A DNA stretch of 64,000 nt. Origin: Archaeoglobus sp. JdFR-37. Its GTDB lineage: Archaea; Halobacteriota; Archaeoglobi; Archaeoglobales; Archaeoglobaceae. Below the pieces are notes generated by a model that worked only from the letters and a program-made list of their open reading frames with translations, searched no databases and was not told the origin of the DNA. Below, piece by piece: positions 47,350 to 57,885 of this stretch. How positions within the stretch are numbered: position 1 is the stretch's first letter; every line of letters begins with the position of its first letter. Where the stretch lies: NCBI GenBank assembly GCA_002010215.1, contig MTMY01000003.1:62001-126000 (forward strand), read 5' to 3'. Made by a program: the position numbers and the translations under genes.

Positions 47350-48323
47350 TCTAAGATGCCGGATGAGTCATAACCTTAACTTCAACAACCTGTTTTTTTA
47401 AAAAAGATTGATAAAACTCTCATACACCATTACGTGACATCGAATTTCAGAAGAATCTCAAGGATTTCGAGCAAAAAGCAGAGTTCCCTGAATGGGTTTT
47501 TGGGTAAATATTAAGTCACAGGATGTTTGTCCTCGGTTGAACTGGTGATTGATGATTGAAGCAAATTTTAAATATATGAGGTTTTTATTTAAATTCATGT
47601 CAGATTTGCAATCCATCTATAAAGTGTTAGAAGATTCCAAAGCCGTTTACGGAACCACCAAAATTAAATCAAATTTTATTTTCCCAAATGCAAGAAGTGC
47701 TTTGATCTTTGGATTCCCGATACCAAGAGCAGTTCTTAAGTCTACAAAGCCTCTACACAATTACTGGAGAACTGCAAATCTTTTATACAGGCATCTCGAT
47801 ACTTTGGCAGTTAAAATTGCACTTATATTAGAGGAAGATAGTTACGACTCTTTACCGATATTTGGTTGCTTCCCGTTTCGGGTAACGGGAATGTATGAAT
47901 ATGCTGGATTTGTAGACCTCATTAGACTTGCAACTAAATGTGGACTTGGAAAAATCTCGAAAAGTTCAATGCTCATAAATCCAGAATACGGTACGAGATT
48001 AATTCTGGCAGGAGTCCTCACAGAAGCCAAATTAGAGGAGATTAAAAAATCGCCTGGGAATGGCTGCCCGGAAGATTGCTATGAATGTATTAACGCATGT
48101 CCAGCTAAAGCCCTTGAACCCTACAGTATTGATGTCAAAAGATGTATAAGGACGCAATCTTTCTCTCCTCTTTTTGTACACCTCCTAAAGTCAGAAAATA
48201 GAGAACTTTCACCCAGTGAAATTGAAATTCTCCAGCATGTTGCTGTTATTGATGACCATAATTGGTATATGTGCATTGAGTGTACAGCTAAATGCCCCAG
48301 GAATCTTTAAGCTCTAAGATGCC
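47350..48323. repeat. 11-bp direct repeat pair TCTAAGATGCC flanking an AT-rich gene
   Basis: Exact copies at 47350-47360 and 48313-48323. Confidence 0.65.
47597..48310 (+). CDS. Epoxyqueuosine reductase/reductive dehalogenase-like Fe-S protein (COG1600-like)
   Basis: GLGKISKSSMLINPEYGTRL..AGVLT, CPEDCYECINACP and CIECTAKCP motifs. Confidence 0.8.
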   Translation: MSDLQSIYKVLEDSKAVYGTTKIKSNFIFPNARSALIFGFPIPRAVLKSTKPLHNYWRTANLLYRHLDTLAVKIALILEEDSYDSLPIFGCFPFRVTGMYEYAGFVDLIRLATKCGLGKISKSSMLINPEYGTRLILAGVLTEAKLEEIKKSPGNGCPEDCYECINACPAKALEPYSIDVKRCIRTQSFSPLFVHLLKSENRELSPSEIEILQHVAVIDDHNWYMCIECTAKCPRNL

Positions 48324-48427
48324 ACGTATGACTACAAATAACTATTTATAATACCAGCACCCCTTTTTGATACGTAACCACCGACTCAGCGGTGAGCGAC
48401 AAAAAAAGCGAATATGGAGGGATGACA

Positions 48428-49645
48428 ATGAAAGCCCCCAGCGATACCACCAAGTATCTCATATACGCTGAGATAATTGCAGAAGGTGTCGTAGAACGTC
48501 CAGACGTTGTGGGAGCCATATTCGGGCAGACCGAAGGATTGCTCGGTGACGATCTGGATCTGAGAGAGCTTCAGAAAACAGGTAGAATAGGTAGAATAGA
48601 AGTTAAAATTGAGAGCAAGAGTGGAAAGAGCTACGGTGAGATCAGAGTACCTTCCAGCCTTGATAAGATTGAAACAGCCATTCTGGCGGCAGCATTGGAG
48701 ACCATAGAAAGGGTTGGGCCGTGTGCTGCCAAGATAAAGGTAAACAAAATAGAGGACGTTAGAGCCAGCAAGAGGAAGAAGATCATAGAGAGGGCGAAGG
48801 ACATACTGAGGGAGCTGTTTGAAGAGCCAGAAGTTGAGTCTGAGAAGATTGCAGACCTCGTCAGACAAGCAGTTAGAGCCGAGGAGATACTGGAGTATGG
48901 AGAGGACGGGCTGCCCGCCGGTCCTGCCATTGACGAGTCTGACGCCATAATCATTGTTGAGGGTAGAGCAGATGTTCTCAATCTCCTAAGACATGGAATC
49001 AAGAATGTTATAGCTGTTGAGGGGACAAACATACCCAGAACAATCGTGGATCTATCCAAGAGGAAGACCGTTACAGCATTCCTTGACGGAGACAGAGGTG
49101 GAGACTTGATACTGAAGGAGCTGCTTCAGGTTGCGGATATTGATTATGTGGCAAGAGCTCCCGAAGGCAAGGGAGTTGAAGACCTTACACAGAAAGAGAT
49201 TGTGAAGTCATTGAGAAACAAGGTTCCAGTTGAGCAAATTCACGTTCTGAGGGCGAAGGAAGACAGAAAAGAGACAAAGGAAGAAGTTCAGAAAGAGGGC
49301 AAGGAGAAGGAGATTAGGGAGATTAGGGAAGCCAGAGAGGCCAGTGAAAAGAGAGACTTCATTTCAGTTCTCAGAAGGCACAAAGAGGAGATTGAAGGGA
49401 AGCTTATAGCAAGGCTTCTCGATAGAAACGGCAATCTCATCAAGGAGGTGCCGGTGAGAGACCTTGTAAAGGTGCTAAAAACAAACAATACCAAGGCATC
49501 TAACCTGATTTTCGATGGAGTGATAACGCAGAGGGTAGTAGATCTGGCAGCCAAAAAGAACATACAGTATCTGGTAGGCGTCAGACTCGGTAACGTTGTT
49601 AAGGTTCCCACAAATGTTAGGGTTATTACTTTTGAAGATCTTTAA
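48428..49645 (+). CDS. dnaG: Archaeal DnaG (TOPRIM, exosome-associated)
   Basis: [34 protein letters not shown]. Confidence 0.95.
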   Translation: MKAPSDTTKYLIYAEIIAEGVVERPDVVGAIFGQTEGLLGDDLDLRELQKTGRIGRIEVKIESKSGKSYGEIRVPSSLDKIETAILAAALETIERVGPCAAKIKVNKIEDVRASKRKKIIERAKDILRELFEEPEVESEKIADLVRQAVRAEEILEYGEDGLPAGPAIDESDAIIIVEGRADVLNLLRHGIKNVIAVEGTNIPRTIVDLSKRKTVTAFLDGDRGGDLILKELLQVADIDYVARAPEGKGVEDLTQKEIVKSLRNKVPVEQIHVLRAKEDRKETKEEVQKEGKEKEIREIREAREASEKRDFISVLRRHKEEIEGKLIARLLDRNGNLIKEVPVRDLVKVLKTNNTKASNLIFDGVITQRVVDLAAKKNIQYLVGVRLGNVVKVPTNVRVITFEDL

Positions 49646-49737
49646 TTTTTTATTTCATTTTTTATAAAATTTAAAAGCTCACAATACAATAGGGCAAAAG
49701 AAAATTAAATGATGCGGCTAACTAACCCAGACAGCAT

Positions 49738-50820
49738 ATGGACGACATGACTAAACTATATCTCCAGCGGAAATTTTCTGAGTATTACGCAGAGAACGAT
49801 CTCTTTATTCCGAGAAATATGGAGAAGAGAGAGTGGGCTTTCGTGGCAATTTCATCACTTCCGGACTTCGTGATGCAAAGACACATGGGTTTTGAAAGTA
49901 CCATGGAGTTAAGGGCCCAGATTCTTTCTAACCCTCCTGCTCACATCTATTACTCCTCTGCATTATATAACAATCCAAACGCTGAAAAAATGGAAGATAA
50001 AGGTTGGATTGGTGCGGAACTCATATTTGACATCGACGCAGACCACATCTCGGGGAGAGGTAATAAGTTGCAGAGGGCAAAAAAAGAGATCATGAAGCTT
50101 TATGATATACTGGAAAACAGATTTGGTGTGGAAAAGATGGAAATTGTATTCTCGGGGAGCAGGGGGTATCACATCCACGTTCTTGATGAGGGGTTCATGA
50201 AGCTTGGAAGCGCCGAGAGGAGGGAGATAGTTGAGTTTTTAACTCTCTCCGATTACAGAATCACCGGTTTCGACGGGAGGTTGGAAGAAGTATATGGGTG
50301 TATTGCTGAAGTGCTCAGGAAAGCTGTCAGGAGTGGAAAGCTGGAGGAGTTGCTAAGGCGCCATGGCATAGGGGGTAAGCAGAAAGCACGGATTATTGAG
50401 GCATTCTCAGATGAGGGTGTTTTCTATAGAATCAGGAATGGTGATTTTGCATTCCTCGGAAAAGGTAAGAGAGTGGAGAATTTCGTCAACTTCCTGATTA
50501 AAGCCTGTGCCAGAAAGATATCTGTGGAGGTTGATGCTCCCGTCACGGGGGATATAAAGAGGCTTATTCGGCTGCCAAATTCCTTGCACGGAAAAACCGG
50601 GTTTGTTGCAAAACTGCTGAGCTACGATGAGCTGGAAAGCTTCGACCCATTCAGCGATGCCTTAGCGTTTGGAGAAGAAGAGGTTAAGGTTATGGTGAAG
50701 AGAAAGGAAAAGTTCAAGATGAATGGAGAGGTTTATGAGCTGCTTCCCGGAAATGCTAAGTTGCCGGAATGTGCGGCGATATTCCTAATGTGCAGGGGAG
50801 CAGCCATCTACGGCCATTGA
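49738..50820 (+). CDS. priS: DNA primase small (catalytic) subunit
   Basis: ELIFDIDADH, FSGSRGYH and VTGDIKRLIRLPNSLHGK motifs, in the priS-GINS-rpl44e-rps27e context. Confidence 0.93.
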   Translation: MDDMTKLYLQRKFSEYYAENDLFIPRNMEKREWAFVAISSLPDFVMQRHMGFESTMELRAQILSNPPAHIYYSSALYNNPNAEKMEDKGWIGAELIFDIDADHISGRGNKLQRAKKEIMKLYDILENRFGVEKMEIVFSGSRGYHIHVLDEGFMKLGSAERREIVEFLTLSDYRITGFDGRLEEVYGCIAEVLRKAVRSGKLEELLRRHGIGGKQKARIIEAFSDEGVFYRIRNGDFAFLGKGKRVENFVNFLIKACARKISVEVDAPVTGDIKRLIRLPNSLHGKTGFVAKLLSYDELESFDPFSDALAFGEEEVKVMVKRKEKFKMNGEVYELLPGNAKLPECAAIFLMCRGAAIYGH

Positions 50821-50833
50821 ACTGGCTGCTGGG

Positions 50834-51388
50834 GTGAGGATTATGGATATTGAAGAGCTCCTGATAATTGTTGAAAAAAGCAGAGGAAGCAAAATTCAGA
50901 AGATTGATCCAGATTTTTATGAGATGCTAAGGAACAGAATAAAAGAGCTAGAGGAATTGAGAAAGGAATCAGAGGAAGTTGAGAGGATAAATGATGAGAT
51001 ACGAACAATCAGAAAAATTCAGAGGAGGATATTTGAGGCAAGAGTAAGCAAAATCGTGAGGGCTGCTTGGGCGGAGGTTTGCGAGACAGAAAGCGGAATA
51101 GAAGGCATGGAGAATCTAATTGATAAAGAGAGAGAACTTTTCAGAAAAGTAGCTGAAGTTCTGAGGGAATTCAGGCAATGGGTTTTTGAAGGCGAGGCGT
51201 TTAGGGAAGAGAAAAATGAGGAGAGGAGAAACTTTGTTGTGAGGGTCAAGCAGGATATTCCGGAGTTTGAGGGTGTTGATGGAAAAACATATAAATTGAG
51301 AAAGGGGGATGTTGTAACGCTTCCGTCCCTTAACGCTAATGTGCTGGTCAAAAGTGATGCAGTGGAAGTGATCGAGGTGAAAAGATGA
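50834..51388 (+). CDS. GINS complex subunit (Gins15/Gins51)
   Basis: Helical A-domain (DFY, RVSKIV) plus C-terminal B-domain (VRVKQDIPEFEGVDGKTYKLRKGDVVTLP), conserved gene order after priS. Confidence 0.85.
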   Translation: MRIMDIEELLIIVEKSRGSKIQKIDPDFYEMLRNRIKELEELRKESEEVERINDEIRTIRKIQRRIFEARVSKIVRAAWAEVCETESGIEGMENLIDKERELFRKVAEVLREFRQWVFEGEAFREEKNEERRNFVVRVKQDIPEFEGVDGKTYKLRKGDVVTLPSLNANVLVKSDAVEVIEVKR

Positions 51389-51663
51389 AGTATCCCAAGA
51401 AGATAAGGACGTATTGCAGGTACTGCAACAAGCACACCCTTCATGAGGTGGAGAAGGTAAGCAAGGGTAAGCAGAGTTCGCTGCGCTGGATTAACAGACA
51501 GAAGTGGAGAAGAGGTAAGGTTGGAAACCTCGGCAAGTTCAGCAAGGTACCTGGAGGAGACAAGCCCACCAAGAGAGTTAACATAAGGTTCCGCTGCACC
51601 GAGTGCAAGAAAGCCGAACACCGCCCCACCTGGAGGGCAAAAAGGTTTGAGCTCATAGAGTAA
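51385..51663 (+). CDS. rpl44e: 50S ribosomal protein L44e
   Basis: MKYPKKIRTYCRYCNKHTLH...KPTKR...CTECKK. Confidence 0.97.
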   Translation: MKYPKKIRTYCRYCNKHTLHEVEKVSKGKQSSLRWINRQKWRRGKVGNLGKFSKVPGGDKPTKRVNIRFRCTECKKAEHRPTWRAKRFELIE

Positions 51664-51693
51664 GCTGAAGGTTAGGTGAAGTTGGTGATTAGT

Positions 51694-51870
51694 ATGGGTG
51701 TGAAGAAAAGCAAGTTCGTCAGGGTAAAGTGCCCAGATTGCGAGAACATTCAGATCATCTTTGATCATCCCTCAACGGTCGTGAAATGCCTTGTATGTGG
51801 CAGAACTCTTGCCGAGCCAAGAGGGGGCAGAGGGGAGATAAAGGCTGAAATCGTCGCAGTCCTCGAATAA
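51694..51870 (+). CDS. rps27e: 30S ribosomal protein S27e
   Basis: [18 protein letters not shown]...CLVCG...P.GG. Confidence 0.97.
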   Translation: MGVKKSKFVRVKCPDCENIQIIFDHPSTVVKCLVCGRTLAEPRGGRGEIKAEIVAVLE

Positions 51871-52495
51871 CTCTTTTTTTGAACTTGTTGAAAAAGTTGA
51901 GAGAATTAAGCCAGCTATTGAGTCTGTAGTTAAAAGAAGGCTTCAAGAGTTTCTGTCAATGCGTGATAGAAGCAATGAGGAGTGGTTTTTTGAGCTCTGC
52001 TTTTGTATATTAACGGCAAATAGCTCTGCTGAAGCTGGCATTAAAGCCCAGAAATTTATCGGAAAAGGATTTTTGACGCTGAGCCAAGAAGAGCTGGCTG
52101 AAAAGCTGAAATCCACCGGTTACAGGTTTTACAATGTAAGAGCAAAGTATATTGTGGAAGCAAGGCGATTCGCTGGAATTAAGGACGTTGTCACGTCCTT
52201 CCCATCCACTTTCGAAGCCAGAGAATGGCTGGTAAAGAACGTCAAGGGGATAGGCTACAAGGAAGCGAGTCACTTTCTGAGAAACGTGGGATATTTCGAT
52301 GTGGCAATTCTGGACAAGCACATCCTGAGGATTTTCCACAACCATGGCATTGCTGAAATGCCAAAAAGCATGAACAGAATGAGATATCTGCAGATTGAGC
52401 AGCGATTCTTTGAATTGGCAAGACGATGTAGCATGATGCCGGGTGAGCTCGACCTTTACCTATGGTACATGGCTACAGGTAAAGTTTTGAAATGA
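51845..52495 (+). CDS. ogg: 8-oxoguanine DNA glycosylase/AP lyase (OGG2-type), start uncertain
   Basis: [45 protein letters not shown]. Coding-like frame extends upstream of ATG 51959, open from 51842. Confidence 0.88.
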   Translation: MKSSQSSNNSFFELVEKVERIKPAIESVVKRRLQEFLSMRDRSNEEWFFELCFCILTANSSAEAGIKAQKFIGKGFLTLSQEELAEKLKSTGYRFYNVRAKYIVEARRFAGIKDVVTSFPSTFEAREWLVKNVKGIGYKEASHFLRNVGYFDVAILDKHILRIFHNHGIAEMPKSMNRMRYLQIEQRFFELARRCSMMPGELDLYLWYMATGKVLK

Positions 52496-52514
52496 ACTGA
52501 AGTGATTTTGCGGA

Positions 52515-53114
52515 TTATCCCTCCTCATCGGATTTTCCACCTGTCCAGCCCCTAACCATCAATAGCAGTGCTGAGAAAGTGGCAATACTCAAGGCAAACG
52601 TGAATATAGCTACGATCTCAATTCCGCTTTCCGGTATGTAGGGATGGAGGTCGTGGAAATAATCAACGTAGTCATTTCCCAGTACCCATATCAGAGCGAG
52701 GCCAAAGCTCCATCTGAGCTTTTTGATGGTGTACGCCAGAGGCAGAGCTTCAACAGCCATCAGGAAGTGGGTTATGAAAATCCCAGTGTACAGCAGATAT
52801 CGCTCTGGGGAGAAAAAGAATTCTCTGTGGAAGAGGAGTACAAAGCATGTCCATAGCCCGTACTTGATGAGGTTAGTAGAGGCAAAAAACGAGATAAAAT
52901 CATTTTTTTTATTCAGTTTGATCATAACCAAGGCAATGACGAAAAACAAGGTGGAGTTGGGACTATCCGTCACAAGAAACCACAGGTACGGAGGTGTTGA
53001 AAGGAGCTGGTAGCGGTAATAATACCAGCCGTAAATGGTGCCAGCAATGTTGGCCACGAGAGCAAGATGAATTATATTTCTGTTTTCAAGGAGTGAAAGA
53101 AATTTTCTGAACAT
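52515..53114 (-). CDS. DUF1405 family membrane protein
   Basis: [21 protein letters not shown] and ND..DY motifs. Confidence 0.8.
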   Translation of the reverse strand: MFRKFLSLLENRNIIHLALVANIAGTIYGWYYYRYQLLSTPPYLWFLVTDSPNSTLFFVIALVMIKLNKKNDFISFFASTNLIKYGLWTCFVLLFHREFFFSPERYLLYTGIFITHFLMAVEALPLAYTIKKLRWSFGLALIWVLGNDYVDYFHDLHPYIPESGIEIVAIFTFALSIATFSALLLMVRGWTGGKSDEEG

Positions 53115-53163
53115 GGGCAAAGGTATTTATATAGTTTATAAAGTGTTTGGATTGGGTGTTGTT

Positions 53164-53715
53164 ATGAAAGATTACAAGATTAAAATCGAGAATGTTGTCG
53201 CCTCAACTCAGATTGGTGAGAACATAGACCTTAACAAGATTGCCAGAGAGGTAAAGGATGCTGAGTATAAACCCAAACAATTTCCAGGGCTAGTTCTCAG
53301 AACAAAGGAGCCCAAGGCTGCAGCCCTCGTATTCAGAAGCGGTAAGGTTGTTTGCACAGGTTCAAAGAGTGTTGAGGATGCCAGAAGAGCAGTAAAGCAG
53401 GTTGTTAAGATCATAGGGGCACTTGGAATTCCCGTTATTGATGAACCAGATGTCAGGGTTCAGAACATAGTTGCTTCCGCCGATCTGGGGGTTGACCTGA
53501 ATCTGAATGCCATTGCTATAGGTCTCGGCTTAGAAAACATAGAATACGAGCCAGAGCAGTTTCCGGGCTTGGTTTATAGGCTGGACAATCCCAGAGTGGT
53601 GGTGCTGATTTTTGGTTCGGGCAAGATGGTGGTGACAGGCGGGAAGAACCCAGAGGATGCCAGAAGGGCTGTGGAGCGAATAGCTGAGGAACTATCAACC
53701 CTTGGCCTCATGTAG
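53164..53715 (+). CDS. tbp: TATA-box-binding protein
   Basis: Two repeats of NVVAS / YEPEQFPGL / LIFGSGK. Confidence 0.97.
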   Translation: MKDYKIKIENVVASTQIGENIDLNKIAREVKDAEYKPKQFPGLVLRTKEPKAAALVFRSGKVVCTGSKSVEDARRAVKQVVKIIGALGIPVIDEPDVRVQNIVASADLGVDLNLNAIAIGLGLENIEYEPEQFPGLVYRLDNPRVVVLIFGSGKMVVTGGKNPEDARRAVERIAEELSTLGLM

Positions 53716-55129
53716 TCTTGGTGAGATAAACCATGAAATAGCCGGGTCTTATTTCGTAAACTCCATCCATTTTGTACCCCTTTTCTTCCACCTTTTCTGC
53801 AAGTCTTTCTGATGTTACAACAACATCATAACCGCTGTAATATTTGCTTGAAAAGGCCATGCTGATGTTCCTCAAATACCAAGGCAGAGGCCAGTAATCA
53901 TTCCCCTCTTCATACACAAGAACTCTTTTTCCCGCCTGCACATCCATCCTCAGCCTTTCTGCCAGCTCTACAGCTGATGGCTGAACCTGTATGTAGATGA
54001 GGTCTTCCCTTGCATCGTTATAGTTGATGTAGTTGATGTGAAGGCTCACAGCCAACATTGCTATGAAAACGATAAGGAGTGAAAGTCTGAATCCCCTATT
54101 CTCCCACGTGTCAAAGAGCTTTCCTGCATAGATGGAGCCAAACATGGCGAGAGGGGCTACGAGGTGCACCAAAAGCCAGGGCACCTTGTGGGAGAGGATG
54201 TGATAGGCGATGAGAGCAGTAACACTCCAGTAGGCTGCCAGATATTCAAGGCGGCTAGCACTTCTAATGCGCTTCCAGAACTGCGGAATTGCTGCTAGAG
54301 CAATCGCTAGAGTGAAGAACTCGTACCTGAGCAGGAGTTTTGCATAATAATAAATGGGCTTCCAGTGATCCTTTTGGCTGTGCATGGAGAACCAGTGTTC
54401 CACGCCACCAATCGTTGCACGGTAAACCCCATCCATGTCTGCAAAACCAGCAGAGTATAGAGGGACGAAGATGGAAGTGAAAATGATGGCTGAAGCGATG
54501 CAAATCCTGATTTTCTTCAAATCCCACTCCAAGAGTTTTCTCCTCAGATATGCGGTAAAACCCTCTGAAAATATGCCGTAGAGAAACGTGAAGGATAGGA
54601 ATGTTGCCAGATAAATATACCCGTTTTCCTTGCTGGACATAATTATAGCAAAGAAGAGTGTGGCGAGATACACGTAACGCTCTCTTTCACTCTCAACCCA
54701 TCTCAGATATGTGTAGATGGCCACCAGAAACGATGGCAGAACTATCATGTCGTTTCTGAAATAACGGGAGTAATAAAGGATTGATGGGGAGAAAATAAGA
54801 ATCAAAGCAAAAATCCATGCCCCCTTGCCCATCCACCTCTCCATTTTTATGGCCACATAAATCCCAATGAGGCTGAAAGCCACAACGAGGAGCCTTGTGA
54901 TAATTTCTGAATCACCAAAGAGTTTGAAGAGGGCAGCGGTGGCAAAGTATATAAAGGGACCATGAAAGGCAGGGTCGTAGCGATAGTAACCGTTTTTAAA
55001 GAGCTGGTATGTTAGATAGGCAACTACACCTTCATCGTGATCCATGGGTCTGGCATCCAAAATGACTACTCGGGTAAGGAGTGCCAAAAGCATCAATGCA
55101 ACGACACTTGGTGCAACGAAACGCCTCAT
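53708..55129 (-). CDS. GT-C fold membrane glycosyltransferase-like protein (TIGR03663/Agl23-like)
   Basis: HDEGV after TM1, [27 protein letters not shown]. Confidence 0.75.
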   Translation of the reverse strand: MRRFVAPSVVALMLLALLTRVVILDARPMDHDEGVVAYLTYQLFKNGYYRYDPAFHGPFIYFATAALFKLFGDSEIITRLLVVAFSLIGIYVAIKMERWMGKGAWIFALILIFSPSILYYSRYFRNDMIVLPSFLVAIYTYLRWVESERERYVYLATLFFAIIMSSKENGYIYLATFLSFTFLYGIFSEGFTAYLRRKLLEWDLKKIRICIASAIIFTSIFVPLYSAGFADMDGVYRATIGGVEHWFSMHSQKDHWKPIYYYAKLLLRYEFFTLAIALAAIPQFWKRIRSASRLEYLAAYWSVTALIAYHILSHKVPWLLVHLVAPLAMFGSIYAGKLFDTWENRGFRLSLLIVFIAMLAVSLHINYINYNDAREDLIYIQVQPSAVELAERLRMDVQAGKRVLVYEEGNDYWPLPWYLRNISMAFSSKYYSGYDVVVTSERLAEKVEEKGYKMDGVYEIRPGYFMVYLTKTT

Positions 55130-55191
55130 TGGAAAGCGGAGAGGAGCTCAATAAATAAACCCTTTGGTGATTGGGTTTGAAGGTCTGGAGG

Positions 55192-56061
55192 ATGTATGAG
55201 ATGTTTGAATTCCCTGATGACTCTGATAACTCTGATGAATTCCCCTATGAAATGAGGCCATCAACCCTTGAGGAGAGGGAAGAGTTCTACAGGAAAGAGT
55301 TCGACGTGGAAAAAGCTGAAAAGTGGTTGTGGAGAAGGGGGAGCTTTCGGGACATCCGTAACAATACTGTTTTTGCCGTCATAATCGGCAGACATTCCGA
55401 TATCTACTCACCAAAATTTGAGCCTATCAGGAGCAAGGTAGTAATTATTGATGAATACGAGAGCTGGAACGACATTGTGGACTACATACTCTACTACCTA
55501 CCTGAAGGAGTTTATTATGATCGAAATGTTTACACCAGCCTTGAGGAGTGCAGGAAGTGCGAGAAATGCTATAAAGAGTGCTGGGATTGTTCCTGTTACC
55601 TTGGACAGGAGCTAGCCTTTGACATAGATCCTGAAAATGTTCCCTGTCCCGTACACGGGATGCTGGAAGATAAGATGGAGAGGCAAGGTCTGAAGGGGTC
55701 AAGTTTCTGCATGATAGAGTTTGATGAGGTCAGAAAAGCAACTGTAAATCTTTATAAAGAGTTAGAAAAAGAATTTAGCGATATTGCCATTACCTTCAGC
55801 GGCAGAGGTTTTCACATTTACATCTTTGATGAGGAGGCGGTGAAGCTCAACTATGAGGAGAGAAAGGCTCTGGCCGAGAGATTCCAGAAGTACTACATTG
55901 ATGAGTGGGTTACGAGTGGCGGTATGAGACTTATCAGGTTGCCTTACTCTTTGAACGGTGTGACGTCACGTATAGTCATCCCTCTTAAGGTGGAGGAGGT
56001 TGCTGAGTTCGATCCCCGCTATGATAAAAAGTGTATGCCCGGTTTTTTAGAAGAGCTCTAA
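55192..56061 (+). CDS. Second PriS-like archaeo-eukaryotic primase-polymerase with Cys-rich insert
   Basis: ELAFDID, FSGRGFH and RLIRLPYSLNG catalytic motifs, plus CRKCEKCYKECWDCSC and CPVH...C. Confidence 0.8.
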   Translation: MYEMFEFPDDSDNSDEFPYEMRPSTLEEREEFYRKEFDVEKAEKWLWRRGSFRDIRNNTVFAVIIGRHSDIYSPKFEPIRSKVVIIDEYESWNDIVDYILYYLPEGVYYDRNVYTSLEECRKCEKCYKECWDCSCYLGQELAFDIDPENVPCPVHGMLEDKMERQGLKGSSFCMIEFDEVRKATVNLYKELEKEFSDIAITFSGRGFHIYIFDEEAVKLNYEERKALAERFQKYYIDEWVTSGGMRLIRLPYSLNGVTSRIVIPLKVEEVAEFDPRYDKKCMPGFLEEL

Positions 56062-56118
56062 AAGTGTTTTAGAAGTTTGATAGGGCCTAATTTTGATTAG
56101 TTTTGATTGATCTGGGAT

Positions 56119-57405
56119 CTAGTCTACGCTCAAAAACCTAGCGTCTGTACTACCTCTTAATATCCCAAGCTTAGCCCTCACAGTTGTAGTGCCAGTTATC
56201 TTGGACGTCAGACGAGCTTTTGCCGAAGCTCTGCCTGTTGGAATTCGAATGGGGCTCTCCACATCTCCAACAGTCGTTTCCAGAGTAACGAATACATCCT
56301 CAGGAACGGGAACCGGTCTTCCATCTCTGTCTTCTAACCGCACAGTTATAGTAGATTTCTGGCCTATCTGAATCTCATCTGGCTCAGTCCATATTTTTAG
56401 CTTCAGCCCCGGAATCTTTGTGAGGTTGCAGTGCACAGTCGTCACCTCTCCTGCTTTAACAAATGCTTCTTTCCTGCATTCAAGATATCCGAATTTTCTG
56501 AACGTCACCACATGAGCTCCAGCAGAGACACTTTCAACTTTCACCGGCGATCTGTCTTTGAATCCTCCGTTGACGTATACTAGCGCACCTTCCGGCTGGG
56601 AATTTGCGTAGATTGACCCTAGTTGCTCTTGTTGTTCAGATTCACTATCCTCCGCTTTACTCTTTCTTGCCCTCCATCTAATCGCCATGGTGGTCAGCAC
56701 TGCTGCCGATCCCAAGATAACTACCATATATTCCCAACTCCAACTGGCAGGATTTACCCCGAACTCCAGCTCAACCTCCTCTGACCAGATTCCATCATTG
56801 TCTAAGACTGCAAATCTGTAAATTCCTGGCAATACATCATCGGATTCAAGAACCAGCTCTAGAGTATCTCCCTCTACTGAAATCGTCCTGCCATCAGGGA
56901 AAGTCAGACGGCACTCCACCACTTCCCCATCTGCATCAATACCATAGCCTGAGAAAGTCACTCTCTCCCCTTCAGCTGCTGGATTTGGTGATATGACTAG
57001 ATAAGCCAATGGTGCCCTAATTTCAGAGAGTACACCTTCAGGGTATTCGAGCCTTACGTAACCTCCACCCTCACCATTTTTACTCTCAATCAGCAGCAGC
57101 CAACGTGTGCCACTTTCAATGTCTCTCGCCGTAACATCATACTTTAAAACCAATCTCCTGCCACTGCAATCCTGAACTTTTTTCTCTTCGCCATCCCCTG
57201 CACCAAGGAATACCAAGAAAACACACAGCTCTACACCGTCCTGCATGATTACTTCAGCATAAATTGTACCTTCTATCTCAACTGTAAACTCCAGTGAGTC
57301 AGATTTATTAGGTGAGACCCATACTTCCTTTTCCATAACTGCAGCGCTACCAACGGACAGCAGGATATAAATTGCAATCACTGAAACCGGCAAATGTTTG
57401 AGCAC
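56119..57405 (-). CDS. Single-pass membrane protein with PKD/Ig-like, PEGA and invasin-like domains
   Basis: N-terminal hydrophobic segment, SPNPA...D.DG..DNDG.WS (PKD-like), TM, NSQPEGALVYVNG (PEGA), LEDRDGRPV (Ig-like). Confidence 0.7.
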   Translation of the reverse strand: MLKHLPVSVIAIYILLSVGSAAVMEKEVWVSPNKSDSLEFTVEIEGTIYAEVIMQDGVELCVFLVFLGAGDGEEKKVQDCSGRRLVLKYDVTARDIESGTRWLLLIESKNGEGGGYVRLEYPEGVLSEIRAPLAYLVISPNPAAEGERVTFSGYGIDADGEVVECRLTFPDGRTISVEGDTLELVLESDDVLPGIYRFAVLDNDGIWSEEVELEFGVNPASWSWEYMVVILGSAAVLTTMAIRWRARKSKAEDSESEQQEQLGSIYANSQPEGALVYVNGGFKDRSPVKVESVSAGAHVVTFRKFGYLECRKEAFVKAGEVTTVHCNLTKIPGLKLKIWTEPDEIQIGQKSTITVRLEDRDGRPVPVPEDVFVTLETTVGDVESPIRIPTGRASAKARLTSKITGTTTVRAKLGILRGSTDARFLSVD

Positions 57406-57510
57406 TTAGAACACTTCCTGGGGTTAAAACTTGGACTAGTAACTATAAATAATCTTGCAATTTACTAAAATTTTGAGTGCACTGTTATAAATAACAAAAT
57501 AAAAATAAAA

Positions 57511-57873
<363 letters not shown>

Positions 57874-57885
57874 TTACACTCTGCC

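Noticed and set aside
51019..51768. 249-aa minus-strand ORF
   Set aside because: Antisense to GINS, rpl44e and rps27e; a shadow ORF.
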